This document shows, piece after piece, positions 21,199-32,180 of a stretch of 64,000 nucleotides of DNA. A program made the translations under genes and the position numbers. The stretch's first letter is position 1. Each line of letters opens with the position of its first letter. The notes beneath the pieces were generated by a model, which did no database searches, was not told where the DNA came from, and saw nothing but the letters and a program-made list of their open reading frames with translations. The DNA is taken from assembly GCA_902537945.1 (NCBI GenBank), contig CACBDG010000007.1, forward strand, positions 3,355 through 67,354. Reading direction: 5' to 3'. This DNA comes from an uncultured SAR116 cluster alpha proteobacterium. Lineage in GTDB: Bacteria; Pseudomonadota; Alphaproteobacteria; Puniceispirillales; Marisalimonadaceae.

Positions 21199-21957
21199 TT
21201 GGAATATACTGATACCATAATTATGATACCTGCTAGGTTAGGTTCATCAAGATTACCCAATAAACCACTACTTAAGATAAATGGTATCCCATTAATAATT
21301 CATGCATATAATTGTGCAAAAAACGCAAAATTAAATGCTCCAGTAGTTGTTGCAACTGATGATAAGTTGATTTTTAAAACTGTTAGTGAATATGGTGGGA
21401 CTGCATTAATGACTTCTCATCAACATGAAAGTGGATCAGATAGGATATTAGAAGCTCTTGAAAAGTTTGATCATGAAAAAAAATATAAAAATATTATTCA
21501 TCTACAAGGCGACCTACCAAATATTTCAGGAAATTTAATCAAAAAATTAGCTCAGGTAGCTAAAGATCCATTAAAGGAAATTACTACAGTAATTGTTAAA
21601 GCCTCTCCAGATGAGTTTGATGACCCATCAGTTGTGAAAGTAGCAACCACATTCATAAACAATAATCCCAAAGTGGATGATATTGGAAGAGCATTATATT
21701 TTAGTAGAGCATGTATTCCAACTGGAAGTGAAAATATTTGGCATCATATTGGGATTTATGCATGGCGAAGAGATATTTTAGAAAAATTTGTAAAACTAAA
21801 ACCTTCTCCACTAGAAAAATCAGAGAAACTTGAACAACTTCGAGCACTAGAATCTGGAATGCAGATACACACAATTATTACTTCTGAACACCCGATTGGA
21901 GTGGATACTAAATCAGATTTAAAGAAAGCAGAAAATTATTTTAAAGACTTAATTTAG
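21199..21957 (+). CDS. kdsB: 3-deoxy-manno-octulosonate cytidylyltransferase
   Basis: IPARLGSSRLPNKPL, QGDLP, ALYFSR, EKLEQLRALE. Confidence 0.96.
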   Translation: MEYTDTIIMIPARLGSSRLPNKPLLKINGIPLIIHAYNCAKNAKLNAPVVVATDDKLIFKTVSEYGGTALMTSHQHESGSDRILEALEKFDHEKKYKNIIHLQGDLPNISGNLIKKLAQVAKDPLKEITTVIVKASPDEFDDPSVVKVATTFINNNPKVDDIGRALYFSRACIPTGSENIWHHIGIYAWRRDILEKFVKLKPSPLEKSEKLEQLRALESGMQIHTIITSEHPIGVDTKSDLKKAENYFKDLI

Positions 21958-21999
21958 TTATTCATATAATAAATAAAGTCAAACAAAATAGAGATAAAA

Positions 22000-22848
22000 A
22001 TGAATGATATAAGTAAACTTATAATTGCTTTTCAAGGTATGGCTGGCGCATATTCAAATATGGCATGTGAAGCTTATTTTCCTAATTCTAAAACTCTAGC
22101 ATGTACTTCATTTGAAGACATGCTTAACTCTACCAAAAATGGTGAATCAGATTACGCAATGGTCCCTGTTGAGAATTCTTTGGCTGGTAGAGTGGCAGAT
22201 ATTCATCATTTAATACCAGAAAGTGGTTTATTTATTGTTGGTGAACATTTTCAAAGAGTGAATCATCAATTACTTGGGCTTAAAACTTCTAAACTAGAAG
22301 ATTTGAAATATGTTAAAAGTCATGCACAAGGACTAGCTCAATGTAGAAAATTTATACAAAAATATAACCTAGTACCAATACAACATATAGATACTGCTGG
22401 AGCAGCGGAAGAAGTTTCAAGGTTAGAAGATCCAAAAATTGCTGCAATCGCATCAAATATGGCAGCAAAAATCTATGACTTACAAATATTGAAAAATAAT
22501 ATCGAAGATGCAGAACATAATACAACTAGATTTCTTATAATGGCTAGAGATTCTCAGACACCATCTGTAGACATACCAATTCCTGTGACTACTATAATTT
22601 TTGAGGTTAGGTCTGTTCCTGCTGCATTATATAAAGTATTAGGTGGATTTGCTACTAACGGAATAAATCTTACTAAACTTGAAAGCTATATTGGTGGTAA
22701 GGAGATGAACGCAGCAAGATTTTACGTTGATGCAGAAGGTCATCCAGATACAAAACCTATGCAAAACGCTCTAGAAGAAATGTATTTCTATAGCGAACCT
22801 AATTCAGTAAAAATTATTGGAACTTACTCTAGATCGAAGAAAAACTAA
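22000..22848 (+). CDS. pheA: Prephenate dehydratase
   Basis: FQGMAGAYS, PVENS, NTTRF, NLTKLES. Confidence 0.94.
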   Translation: MNDISKLIIAFQGMAGAYSNMACEAYFPNSKTLACTSFEDMLNSTKNGESDYAMVPVENSLAGRVADIHHLIPESGLFIVGEHFQRVNHQLLGLKTSKLEDLKYVKSHAQGLAQCRKFIQKYNLVPIQHIDTAGAAEEVSRLEDPKIAAIASNMAAKIYDLQILKNNIEDAEHNTTRFLIMARDSQTPSVDIPIPVTTIIFEVRSVPAALYKVLGGFATNGINLTKLESYIGGKEMNAARFYVDAEGHPDTKPMQNALEEMYFYSEPNSVKIIGTYSRSKKN

Positions 22849-22903
22849 TTCAAAAGCACAGAAATTCTTGCATATTATAACTATTTATAACATATATATT
22901 TGT

Positions 22904-22991
22904 GAAGGGTCACACGGACGTAATTCTTGCAAATCCGGTCAGGTCCGAAAGGAAGCAGCCGTAACAATGATAGCGGGTTGTGAGGCCCTTC
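22904..22991 (+). ncRNA. ffs: Signal recognition particle 4.5S RNA
   Basis: Conserved core CCGGTCAGGTCCGAAAGGAAGCAGCCG inside a GAAGGGT...GCCCTTC terminal stem; directly upstream of dnaX. Confidence 0.95.
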
Positions 22992-23019
22992 GTTTTACTG
23001 ATTATAAACGAGATATCAA

Positions 23020-24744
23020 ATAAATAATATTATTGAACAAACCAATTATAGAGTTTTAGCTCGTAAATATAGACCAAATGATTTTAGTGAATTAATTGGA
23101 CAAGACACACTAGTTAAAACTTTTAATAACGCTCTTAACAAAGGTAGATTAGCTCACGCATTTCTCTTAACTGGGATAAGAGGTGTTGGGAAAACTACCA
23201 CAGCAAGAATAATAGCTAAAGCCTTAAATTGTATCGGCGATGGCAGTAAAGAAGATCCCTCTTTTGAAATTTGTAATAATTGCTCACCGTGCAAATCCAT
23301 AAATAATGGAAATTTTCTTGATGTCATTGAGGTTGATGCCGCTAGTAGAACTGGCGTTGATGGCATAAGAGAAATAATTGACTCTGTTATATATTCACCA
23401 AATAATGCAAGATACAAGGTTTACATTATAGATGAAGTTCATATGTTGTCTAACGCAGCATTTAATGCTCTTTTAAAAACCTTAGAAGAACCTCCACAAA
23501 ATGTTAAATTCATTTTTGCAACAACTGAAATAAAAAAAATACCAGCAACAATAATTTCAAGATGTCAAAAATTTGATCTTCAGAGAGTTGATTTAAAAAC
23601 ATTAACTAATCATTTAAAAAACATTTGTCAAAATGAAAGCATTTATTATGAGAATGATTCTATCTCACATATTTGTAAAGCAAGTGAAGGATCTGTAAGA
23701 GATGCTTTATCTTTACTTGATCAAGCAGCATCTCTATGTGGAGATGATATTAAGGAACAAACAGTCTTAAATATGCTTGGATTAAATGGTTATGAAAAAA
23801 ACATTGAATTGTTTGAGCTATGTTTATCAAATAAATGTAGCGAAGCTTTAAAAGTTTATGATGATATTTTACAAAATGGTGTACAACCACTTCAAATTAT
23901 CTCAAATCTTTTGGAAATAAGTCATTTAGCATCAAAAATTAATGTTATTAAATCAGACACTAATATGACTGAGTCGATCCAGAAAAAAATTTCTGAAATT
24001 TCTACAAATGGGTTACCAAAACTTGTTAGATTATGGCAAATTTTAATTAAAAGTTTTGAAGAATTAAAATATGCTCCTAATGAGGAACAAGCTGGTTCAA
24101 TGGCAATAATAAAATTATGTTATGGATCATCACTTCCAGATCCAAGTCAATTTTTAGAAAAAATATCAGAGCAAACAAATACTCAATCAGAAAATAAACA
24201 AACTAAAGTTTCTGAGACTACAAATTCTAAAGAAAAAATAATTAAAGAAAATACAACCAATTATAAAGAAGAGAAATCAGAAAATGATCAAACTAAAGTT
24301 TCTGAGGCATCACATATTCAAGACAAGTTAAACAAAGAAGTTATAGTAAATAATGAAGAAAAATCAGAAAATTTGAAAAATCCTAAATCTTTTGAAGATA
24401 TGTTAGATTTACTTTTAAAAAACAAAGAGTCTCTGCTCCATGCTCAATTGATCAATAATGTTCATTTAATATCTTTTGAAGAAAGTATTATAAAGCTAAG
24501 GTTAAAATTCAAATCTGATACAGAAATTCTAAGAAACTTATCTGCTACTTTAGAAAAAATAACCAAAAATAAATGGAATGTCACCCATTCTGAGGAAGAT
24601 GGAGAAAAAACTATAGTTGAAAAACAAAATATTAAATTTAATGAGCAGAAAGAACAAATAAAAGCAAATCCTCATTTTGCAGAAGTATTTAAACATTTTC
24701 CTAAGGCTGAAATAACTTCAATTGAAGATAAAAAATCAAATTAA
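23020..24744 (+). CDS. dnaX: DNA polymerase III subunit gamma/tau; non-canonical start (ATA 23020 or ATT 23029/23032)
   Basis: Frame upstream of the ORF-track start encodes YRVLARKYRP, LIGQ, Walker A GIRGVGKTT, EVDAAS, IIDEVHML; in-frame TAA at 23005 and no ATG/GTG/TTG before the conserved N-terminus. Confidence 0.93.
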   Translation: MNNIIEQTNYRVLARKYRPNDFSELIGQDTLVKTFNNALNKGRLAHAFLLTGIRGVGKTTTARIIAKALNCIGDGSKEDPSFEICNNCSPCKSINNGNFLDVIEVDAASRTGVDGIREIIDSVIYSPNNARYKVYIIDEVHMLSNAAFNALLKTLEEPPQNVKFIFATTEIKKIPATIISRCQKFDLQRVDLKTLTNHLKNICQNESIYYENDSISHICKASEGSVRDALSLLDQAASLCGDDIKEQTVLNMLGLNGYEKNIELFELCLSNKCSEALKVYDDILQNGVQPLQIISNLLEISHLASKINVIKSDTNMTESIQKKISEISTNGLPKLVRLWQILIKSFEELKYAPNEEQAGSMAIIKLCYGSSLPDPSQFLEKISEQTNTQSENKQTKVSETTNSKEKIIKENTTNYKEEKSENDQTKVSEASHIQDKLNKEVIVNNEEKSENLKNPKSFEDMLDLLLKNKESLLHAQLINNVHLISFEESIIKLRLKFKSDTEILRNLSATLEKITKNKWNVTHSEEDGEKTIVEKQNIKFNEQKEQIKANPHFAEVFKHFPKAEITSIEDKKSN

Positions 24745-24764
24745 ATTACATTTGGAAAATTAAA

Positions 24765-25358
24765 ATGTCTGAACAATATTTAGAAAAACTAATAAAAAAA
24801 GTTTCAAAACTACCTGGTTTGGGCCCTAGATCATCCAGAAGGGTTGTTTTACACTTATTAAAAGATAAAGAAAAATTACTATTACCACTTATTGAAGATT
24901 TGACCACAGTAGCTAATAACATAAGAAGTTGTATTGAATGTGGCAATTTAGATGAAGATGTAATCTGTCAAATTTGCAAAGATTCTTCTAGAAATCAAAA
25001 CTTATTATGCGTAGTTGAAACTGTTGCAGATTTATGGGCCTTAGAAAGATCAAATGTTTATAATGGGAAATATCATATATTAGGTGGTGTTTTGTCAGCA
25101 ATAGATGGTATCAATCCAGAGCAACTTAATATTGCTTCTTTAGAAAAAAGATTAGAAAACAAATCTATTACAGAAATAATTATTGCAATCTCAGCTACAC
25201 TTGACGGACAAACAACCGCACATTATTTGGCAGAAATATTAAGTAAATTTAATATTAACATCACAAGATTAGCCCATGGATTACCAGTTGGTGGAGAATT
25301 AGATTTTTTGGACGATGGAACGATTGCGCAAGCTTTAAAAGCTAGAAACAAATTATAA
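24765..25358 (+). CDS. recR: Recombination mediator RecR
   Basis: LPGLGPRS, C4 zinc finger, TOPRIM domain, GLPVGGELDFLD. Confidence 0.96.
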   Translation: MSEQYLEKLIKKVSKLPGLGPRSSRRVVLHLLKDKEKLLLPLIEDLTTVANNIRSCIECGNLDEDVICQICKDSSRNQNLLCVVETVADLWALERSNVYNGKYHILGGVLSAIDGINPEQLNIASLEKRLENKSITEIIIAISATLDGQTTAHYLAEILSKFNINITRLAHGLPVGGELDFLDDGTIAQALKARNKL

Positions 25359-25359
25359 T

Positions 25360-26400
25360 TTACTCATTCAATTTTTTTTTGTCGCTTACATCAATAGAAT
25401 TTATCACATTGCCTCTATTTTCAATTTTTCTATGAGAAATTTTGATTTCGTCTAAGTCTTTTCTTGCTAAGTCAAAATGCTTATCAAGCTTTAAAATTCT
25501 ATCAGCTAACAAATTTAAATCATTAGTTAACTTATCTACTTCAATTTGTATTTTTCCTGCTGTTTGACTCATTGTGGCATCTCTTAATATAGCCCTAACT
25601 GTATGCAGAAGCAGCATTAAATTATCAGGACCTGCCATATAAACTTTTTTATTTCTACTTTCATTAACTAGTCTTGGAAACCTAATATTAATTTCTGAGT
25701 AAATTGATTCACTAGGAAGGAACATAATAGCTGAGTCTGCGGTTTCACCTGGTGAAATATATTTATCAGCAATATCTTTAATATGTTTTTGAACTGCATT
25801 ATGAAATGATTTTAGATTATCTTTTTTTTCGTGTTCATTTGAAGAATTTGCAAATTTTTTATAATCTTCTAGTGGAAATTTTGAATCTATACAAATTGAA
25901 CCAGGTGGTTGTGGCATTTTTACAATGCAGTCAACTCTAGTATTAGACATCAGTGTATATTGAAATTGGTATGCATTCTGAGGAAGTGCATCTTTAACTA
26001 TATTTTCAAGTTGGACCTCACCAAACGCTCCTCTAAGTTGTTTATTTGACAAAATATTTTGTAGGTCATTTACCTGTGTTGATAAGGAATGAATATTCTC
26101 TTGAGCTCTGTCAATAATTGCTAATCTCTCGTGCATCTCCATAAGAGATTTTTGTGTATTTTGAGTTTGTTGTGTAAGACTATTACCAATAGAAGCCCCA
26201 AAGTTACCTAATCTCTCTTCAATGCTACTACTTAATTGAGACACTGCTCCTTTTAATTCAGTAATTTGGTTTAATTCAAGATTTAAAGATGTATTAAGAT
26301 TTTTATTTTTATTTTCAAAATATAATTTACAAATTAAAAAAATTATGATTGAGAGTATAAATAAAGAAATGATAGATATAATTAAATATTTTAAATCCAT
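25360..26400 (-). CDS. rmuC: DNA recombination protein RmuC
   Basis: RGAFGEVQLE, IDSKFPLE, MFLPSE. Confidence 0.92.
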   Translation of the reverse strand: MDLKYLIISIISLFILSIIIFLICKLYFENKNKNLNTSLNLELNQITELKGAVSQLSSSIEERLGNFGASIGNSLTQQTQNTQKSLMEMHERLAIIDRAQENIHSLSTQVNDLQNILSNKQLRGAFGEVQLENIVKDALPQNAYQFQYTLMSNTRVDCIVKMPQPPGSICIDSKFPLEDYKKFANSSNEHEKKDNLKSFHNAVQKHIKDIADKYISPGETADSAIMFLPSESIYSEINIRFPRLVNESRNKKVYMAGPDNLMLLLHTVRAILRDATMSQTAGKIQIEVDKLTNDLNLLADRILKLDKHFDLARKDLDEIKISHRKIENRGNVINSIDVSDKKKLNE

Positions 26401-26480
26401 TTTGTCTCCATATTAAGATAATATAATATTACAAATTGTTTTTAAATTAACTAGCATAACATATATAAGGATTTTACTAA

Positions 26481-27047
26481 ATGAGCCTAAGAGAAATTAT
26501 TAAAGTACCTAATCCTTTTTTGAAAGTTACTGCTAAACCTGTAAGAGTTATTGATGAAAATATTTTAACCATTCTAGATGATATGATGGAAACTATGTAT
26601 CACGCAAATGGTATTGGTTTAGCTGCTACACAAATTGCAGTTGATAAGAGATTAATTGTAATGGATTGTGGGAAAACAAAGTTTGAAACTCAAAATCTAT
26701 CAGAAGAAGAATATAATGAAAAAATAAAGGATGAACAAATTGAACCTTTTCCAATTAAAATGATTAACCCAGAAATAATAAGTTTAGGAGAAAATCTTGA
26801 AGAAAGGGAAGAGGGTTGCTTGTCTATACCTGGATACAATGCAAAAATCAAAAGACCATCATCCTTAAAAGTTAAATATACAGATGAAAATAAAAAAGAT
26901 AAAATCATTGATGCTGATGGATTGTTAGCAACTTGTATTCAACATGAAATAGATCATTTAAATGGTATTCTTTTTATTGATCATCTATCAAAATTAAAAA
27001 GAGAAATAATTCTTAAAAAAGCTATCAAAGAATACTCTAAAAGTTAA
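26481..27047 (+). CDS. def: Peptide deformylase
   Basis: GIGLAATQ, EGCLS, QHEIDH. Confidence 0.97.
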   Translation: MSLREIIKVPNPFLKVTAKPVRVIDENILTILDDMMETMYHANGIGLAATQIAVDKRLIVMDCGKTKFETQNLSEEEYNEKIKDEQIEPFPIKMINPEIISLGENLEEREEGCLSIPGYNAKIKRPSSLKVKYTDENKKDKIIDADGLLATCIQHEIDHLNGILFIDHLSKLKREIILKKAIKEYSKS

Positions 27048-27070
27048 AATGTTACGAAAACGAGGGTTAG

Positions 27071-28012
27071 TTGAATATAATATTTATGGGAACTCCAGAT
27101 TTTGCTGTCCCCAGCCTTAAATTTATTGAGAAAGATTATAATATAGTCGCTGTTTATTCACAACCTGCTCGCCCTAGTGGAAGAGGTATGAAAACAAAAC
27201 TTTCTCCAGTTGAAAAAACTGCAAAAGAATTAAATTTAAAAACCATTACTCCTTCAACTTTAAAGCAGGATGATGTGTTTCTTCAATTTGAAAAACTGAG
27301 ACCAGATTTAGTTGTGGTTGTTGCGTATGGACTGCTTCTACCTGAAAAGTTCTTGTTAACGCCCAAATTTGGCTGCATTAATGGTCATGCTAGCCTTTTA
27401 CCAAGGTGGCGTGGTGCTGCTCCAATACAAAGAGCTATAGAAGCCGGTGATCATACAACTGGTTCATGTATAATGTTAATGGAAATGGGTATGGATACTG
27501 GACCAATACTATCATCAAAATCAATGAATATTCATACTAGCGATACTTCTAAAACTTTACATGATAAACTATCTAATTTGACAGCTGAAATGCTTGTGAA
27601 GACTATAAAAGAATATATTGATGGAAAAATTGTACCAACTAAGCAAAAGGAAGATGGTGTTAAATATGCAAAGAAAATTGTAAAAGATGAGGCTGTTATA
27701 AACTGGAGGTTGCCCTCGATAAATATTTTTAATAAAGTAAGAGCTTTTAATCCTTTTCCAAGCACTTATACATTTTTATCTGGTGTAAAAATTAAAATTG
27801 TAGAAACTAAACTTTGTAAAGATAGTCACCAATTTGAACCAGGTACAATAGTTGAATGTAACAACAAAATAATTGTAGCGTGCGGAAATAAATCAACGTT
27901 AGAGATTACATATATACAAAAATCTGGAAAAAACATCATGTCTGTCAAAGATTTTCTAAATGGAACTGAAATAAGTATTGGTGAAAAATTTGGAAGTAAA
28001 CAAGACTGTTAA
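27071..28012 (+). CDS. fmt: Methionyl-tRNA formyltransferase
   Basis: FMGTPDFA, HASLLPRWRGAAPIQ; TTG start. Confidence 0.97.
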   Translation: MNIIFMGTPDFAVPSLKFIEKDYNIVAVYSQPARPSGRGMKTKLSPVEKTAKELNLKTITPSTLKQDDVFLQFEKLRPDLVVVVAYGLLLPEKFLLTPKFGCINGHASLLPRWRGAAPIQRAIEAGDHTTGSCIMLMEMGMDTGPILSSKSMNIHTSDTSKTLHDKLSNLTAEMLVKTIKEYIDGKIVPTKQKEDGVKYAKKIVKDEAVINWRLPSINIFNKVRAFNPFPSTYTFLSGVKIKIVETKLCKDSHQFEPGTIVECNNKIIVACGNKSTLEITYIQKSGKNIMSVKDFLNGTEISIGEKFGSKQDC

Positions 28013-28814
28013 ATTTGCTTTACTAATTGAGTATGATGGCAATAACTTAGTTGGCTGGCAAAAGCAAAATGAAGGAGTTTCTGTTCAAGGCAGTTTAGAA
28101 GAAGCTGCTAACAATATTTTCAATCAAGAATTAGAAATTCAAGGATCTGGTAGAACTGATGCTGGAGTTCATGCCCTAGGACAAGTGGCTCATATAAATT
28201 TTCCAAAAAATCATAGATTAACAACTAAACATCCATTTTATATAATTTCTGCTTTCAACTCATATTTAAGGAAATCTAATATTAGAGTAGTTTCTACTAA
28301 ACAAGTTGAACCAGAGTTTAACGCCAGATTCAGCGCAACAAAACGTCATTATAAGTATAGAATTTTATGTCGTGCCGCACCACCTGGTATTGAAAAGGGA
28401 AAAGTTTGGCATTCAAGGAAAAAGTTAAATATTCAATTAATGGAAGAAGGAGCTAAACACTTAATTGGGAAGCATGATTTTACAAGTTTTAGAACTATAA
28501 ACTGTCAAGCTAAATCTCCTATAAGAACATTAGACAAAATATCACTATCATGTGTAGGAGATGAAATTATAATAAATGTATCCGCAAAAAGTTTTTTACA
28601 TAGTCAAGTAAGAATTATTGTAGGAACAATTTACAAGGTGGGTGACGAAACATTAGAACCTAATAACATAAAAAACATTCTTGAAGGTAAAGACAGAAAT
28701 CTCGCAGGGCCCACTGCTCCATCAGAAGGCTTATATCTTGAAAAAGTAGAATATCCAAGTAATTTACTTGATGACAAGTGGCCAATAATTTATGACAGAA
28801 ATCAGTATAATTGA
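27990..28814 (+). CDS. truA: tRNA pseudouridine(38-40) synthase
   Basis: EYDG, GRTDAGVHA, HDFTSFR, SFLHSQVR; exact start uncertain (27978 or 27990). Confidence 0.95.
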   Translation: MEVNKTVKFALLIEYDGNNLVGWQKQNEGVSVQGSLEEAANNIFNQELEIQGSGRTDAGVHALGQVAHINFPKNHRLTTKHPFYIISAFNSYLRKSNIRVVSTKQVEPEFNARFSATKRHYKYRILCRAAPPGIEKGKVWHSRKKLNIQLMEEGAKHLIGKHDFTSFRTINCQAKSPIRTLDKISLSCVGDEIIINVSAKSFLHSQVRIIVGTIYKVGDETLEPNNIKNILEGKDRNLAGPTAPSEGLYLEKVEYPSNLLDDKWPIIYDRNQYN

Positions 28815-28815
28815 A

Positions 28816-29397
28816 TCAAATTGTCATTGAAAGTGAACGTGAAAACATTCCTAAACTTGCTTCAATAATAACTGATAAAAAAATCATGCCAGTAGCTCCC
28901 CAACCAGTCAAACCAACTTCTTCTTTTCCAATGCGCCATAAAGAAAACGTAACCCAAATTACAACCATAATACCCAAAAACACAAAAATTGACGGTGGTA
29001 AAATCAAACCTAACACAGCAAAACTTAACATTAAAATTGCCTGAAAAGATTGTATCCAGTTAAATGGTATAATAAATTTGTAGAACTTATCACCTTTTCC
29101 AATCTTTTCAAAAATTGTGTTGACTAAGATTGAGAATAAACAAATATCAATAATTGTAATTAAAAGTAATCTAGGTAATATTCCACTTTGAATATCACCA
29201 TTAATATTCGCTTTAATTCCATAGGAAGCTAATATTGATACAACTGCGTTTACAAAAAAAACTATCCAACAGCTATCCCAAAAACTATTTAAATTTAAGT
29301 TGAATAATTGACTTGAATCACCTTTTTTAGACATGAATTGAAAAGCAGATAAAAATCCATCTTTTATAACAAAAGGATTTGGTGGTGATTTAATCAT
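28816..29397 (-). CDS. Hypothetical membrane protein
   Basis: Multi-TM ORF coupled to dapE. Confidence 0.7.
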   Translation of the reverse strand: MIKSPPNPFVIKDGFLSAFQFMSKKGDSSQLFNLNLNSFWDSCWIVFFVNAVVSILASYGIKANINGDIQSGILPRLLLITIIDICLFSILVNTIFEKIGKGDKFYKFIIPFNWIQSFQAILMLSFAVLGLILPPSIFVFLGIMVVIWVTFSLWRIGKEEVGLTGWGATGMIFLSVIIEASLGMFSRSLSMTI

Positions 29398-30556
29398 TTT
29401 TTTCAACTCTGAAATAATTATGTAGGAATTTATTATAAATATTTGTTAACTTCATAATATCATCTATATCAACATTTTCGTCTGTCTTATGCATTGTTTT
29501 TCCTACCAAACCAAACTCTATTACAGGACATATTTTTGTTATGAATCTCGCATCTGAAGTGCCGCCAGTAGTAGATTGTTTAGGATTTACATTTACAACT
29601 TTTGTAATTGCATTTTGAAGTGTTGATTTGAGTTCTTCATCACTTGTAAGGAAAGGTTCAGCATTACAAAAATAATCAAACACATAGTTTTTAGTAATAG
29701 CATCAAACTGGCTTTTTAGCATAGATTTTAGGGAAGCAACAGAATGTAGGGTATTAAATCTTATATTAAACTTTGCCTTCACCTCCCCAGGAATAACATT
29801 ACTTGCATCATTATTCACATCAATTGTAGTAACCATTGCAGAACTAGGCTGGAATTCGTTAGTTCCTTTATCTAAATATATTTTTGAAAAAGGTTCTAAC
29901 ATTTTTAAAAGTGAATTTATTGGGTTTTCTGCTAAATCAGGATAACCAACATGACCTTGAACACCTTTCACAGTCAAAGAACCAGTAAAACTTCCTCTCC
30001 TTCCAATTTTAATAGTGTCACCCATTTGGTTTACATTGGTAGGCTCACCAACAATACAACCAGAAATTTTTTCTGACTTGTTTATAAGCCATTCAACTAC
30101 TTTTTTTGTGCCGTTTATTGCCTTTCCTTCTTCATCACTAGTAATTATTAGGGATATACTACCATAATCTCGTAGATTATTATTCATTTTCATAAACTCT
30201 GAAACAGCAGCTATAAAGGCAGCTATTCCAGATTTCATGTCTGCAGCACCTCTTCCCCATATTTTACCTTTTATAATATCACCACCAAAAGGATCTACCG
30301 ACCAACTTTTTTTATCACCAGTAGGAACAACATCCACATGACCTGCAAAGCATATATTTGGTTCTAAGGAACCAAGTCTTGCGTATAAATTTTCAACCTT
30401 TTCATCACCCTGTCCAAAGTCCAATTTTGTGCAGGTAAACCCCATAGGTTCTAAATATGAAATAATTAGGTCAATAGAACCTGCAGATGTTGGGGTTATA
30501 CTTCTACACTTAATTAAATCTGAAGTTAACTCTACTGGGTTTAAAATCTTAGACAT
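29390..30556 (-). CDS. dapE: Succinyl-diaminopimelate desuccinylase
   Basis: FAGHVDVVP, GRGAADMK, DEEG, GRRGS, GGTSDARF. Confidence 0.96.
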   Translation of the reverse strand: MSKILNPVELTSDLIKCRSITPTSAGSIDLIISYLEPMGFTCTKLDFGQGDEKVENLYARLGSLEPNICFAGHVDVVPTGDKKSWSVDPFGGDIIKGKIWGRGAADMKSGIAAFIAAVSEFMKMNNNLRDYGSISLIITSDEEGKAINGTKKVVEWLINKSEKISGCIVGEPTNVNQMGDTIKIGRRGSFTGSLTVKGVQGHVGYPDLAENPINSLLKMLEPFSKIYLDKGTNEFQPSSAMVTTIDVNNDASNVIPGEVKAKFNIRFNTLHSVASLKSMLKSQFDAITKNYVFDYFCNAEPFLTSDEELKSTLQNAITKVVNVNPKQSTTGGTSDARFITKICPVIEFGLVGKTMHKTDENVDIDDIMKLTNIYNKFLHNYFRVEKND

Positions 30557-30568
30557 AAAAGGCCTTAA

Positions 30569-31429
30569 CTAATCTCGTAATAATTCGTTTACAGACGTCT
30601 TAGAACGAGTCTGAGCATCGACTTTTTTTACAATTACAGCACAATATAAACTTGGTCCTTGAGAACCATCAGACATCAGTTTTCCAGGAAGAGAACCAGG
30701 AACCACAACAGAATATGCGGGTACTCTACCTATATATATTTCGCCAGTGTTTCTATCAATAACTTTTGTAGATGCGCCAATAAATACACCCATTGATAAC
30801 ACTGCTCCTGTTTCAACAACTACACCCTCCGCCACTTCAGATCTTGCTCCTATAAAGCAATTATCCTCAATGATAACTGGTCCAGCTTGAATGGGCTCTA
30901 AAACACCTCCAATACCTGCACCACCAGAAATATGAACATTTTTTCCAATTTGTGCGCAAGATCCAACAGTCGCCCACGTATCAATCATACTTCCACTATC
31001 AACATAAGCACCAATATTTACAAATGATGGCATTAATACAACACTAGGTGCAATATATGCAGAATGTCTTACCACACATCCAGGAACTGCTCTAAAACCA
31101 GCTTTTTTAAAATCTTCTTTATTCCATCCTGAAAATTTAGATGGAATTTTATCCCACCAATTAGCTGGGCCAGCGTTTTGACTTTTTGGTCCTCCAGAAA
31201 TTACGTCCATATCATTTATCTTAAAAGATAATAAAACAGCCTTTTTAAGCCATTGATTTACTTGCCATTTACTATTTCCTAATGGCTCAGCAACTCTTAA
31301 TTTTCCTTGATCTAAGTAATCTAATGCAGTTTCAATAGAATCTCTAATTTCACCAGTAGTATTTGGGTTAATATCTTCATTATTATCGAAAACTCTTTCT
31401 ATAAGTGATTTCATATTCTCTATTTCCAT
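30569..31429 (-). CDS. dapD: Tetrahydrodipicolinate N-succinyltransferase
   Basis: [33 protein letters not shown]. Confidence 0.97.
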   Translation of the reverse strand: MEIENMKSLIERVFDNNEDINPNTTGEIRDSIETALDYLDQGKLRVAEPLGNSKWQVNQWLKKAVLLSFKINDMDVISGGPKSQNAGPANWWDKIPSKFSGWNKEDFKKAGFRAVPGCVVRHSAYIAPSVVLMPSFVNIGAYVDSGSMIDTWATVGSCAQIGKNVHISGGAGIGGVLEPIQAGPVIIEDNCFIGARSEVAEGVVVETGAVLSMGVFIGASTKVIDRNTGEIYIGRVPAYSVVVPGSLPGKLMSDGSQGPSLYCAVIVKKVDAQTRSKTSVNELLRD

Positions 31430-31466
31430 CTTGATCCTTTCAATTAAATTAAAACAAATTATTTTT

Positions 31467-32168
31467 TTAAGAATCTAACATATTACTTAAAATAGATTTT
31501 ATGTCTGATCCAGTGAAATTAATATATTTTATTAAAATATCAGCTTCTTTTCTATTAAAATCATTTTCAATCCATGCCGTACTCATTCCTAATTCACTAG
31601 CAGGCTTTAAATTTTTAGCTGTATCTTCAAAAAAAATGCTTTTAGAAATATTCTTATCATTAAGACCAAGTTTTTTTTTCATCATAAGATAAGAGTTGAG
31701 ATCTGGTTTAGCTACATAATCTGCATCTTTAATGTCAAAAATAATCTCAAATTCTTCAAATATTCCCATTGATTTTAATATATTTTTTGCATGTTTAAAT
31801 GTTGCATTAGTGTAAATTGATTTCTTGCCTTTAATTTTACCTAGTAATGTTTTAAGGGTAACATCTTTGTCTAATTCACTAAAATCTACATCATGTACAA
31901 ATTCAAGAAATGGCTCTGGGTCAATTTTTTTTTCAATCATTAAACCTCTTAAAGTTAGACCATATTTTTTATACATATTTCTTTGAAGTGTAAGAGCATC
32001 AACCTCATTTAAATCAAAAAATTCTTCAATGTACTTTGTCATTCTTGAAGAGACTCTCCGAAATAAACCTAAATTAATATCATAAATTGTATTATCTAAG
32101 TCAAAAATCCAATGATCATATTGTTCATTAAAATTTATGTTATCTATGTTATTTAAAAATGATTTCAT
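31467..32168 (-). CDS. Pyrimidine 5'-nucleotidase (HAD superfamily)
   Basis: [27 protein letters not shown]. Confidence 0.88.
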   Translation of the reverse strand: MKSFLNNIDNINFNEQYDHWIFDLDNTIYDINLGLFRRVSSRMTKYIEEFFDLNEVDALTLQRNMYKKYGLTLRGLMIEKKIDPEPFLEFVHDVDFSELDKDVTLKTLLGKIKGKKSIYTNATFKHAKNILKSMGIFEEFEIIFDIKDADYVAKPDLNSYLMMKKKLGLNDKNISKSIFFEDTAKNLKPASELGMSTAWIENDFNRKEADILIKYINFTGSDIKSILSNMLDS

Positions 32169-32180
32169 AAAAATAAAAAA

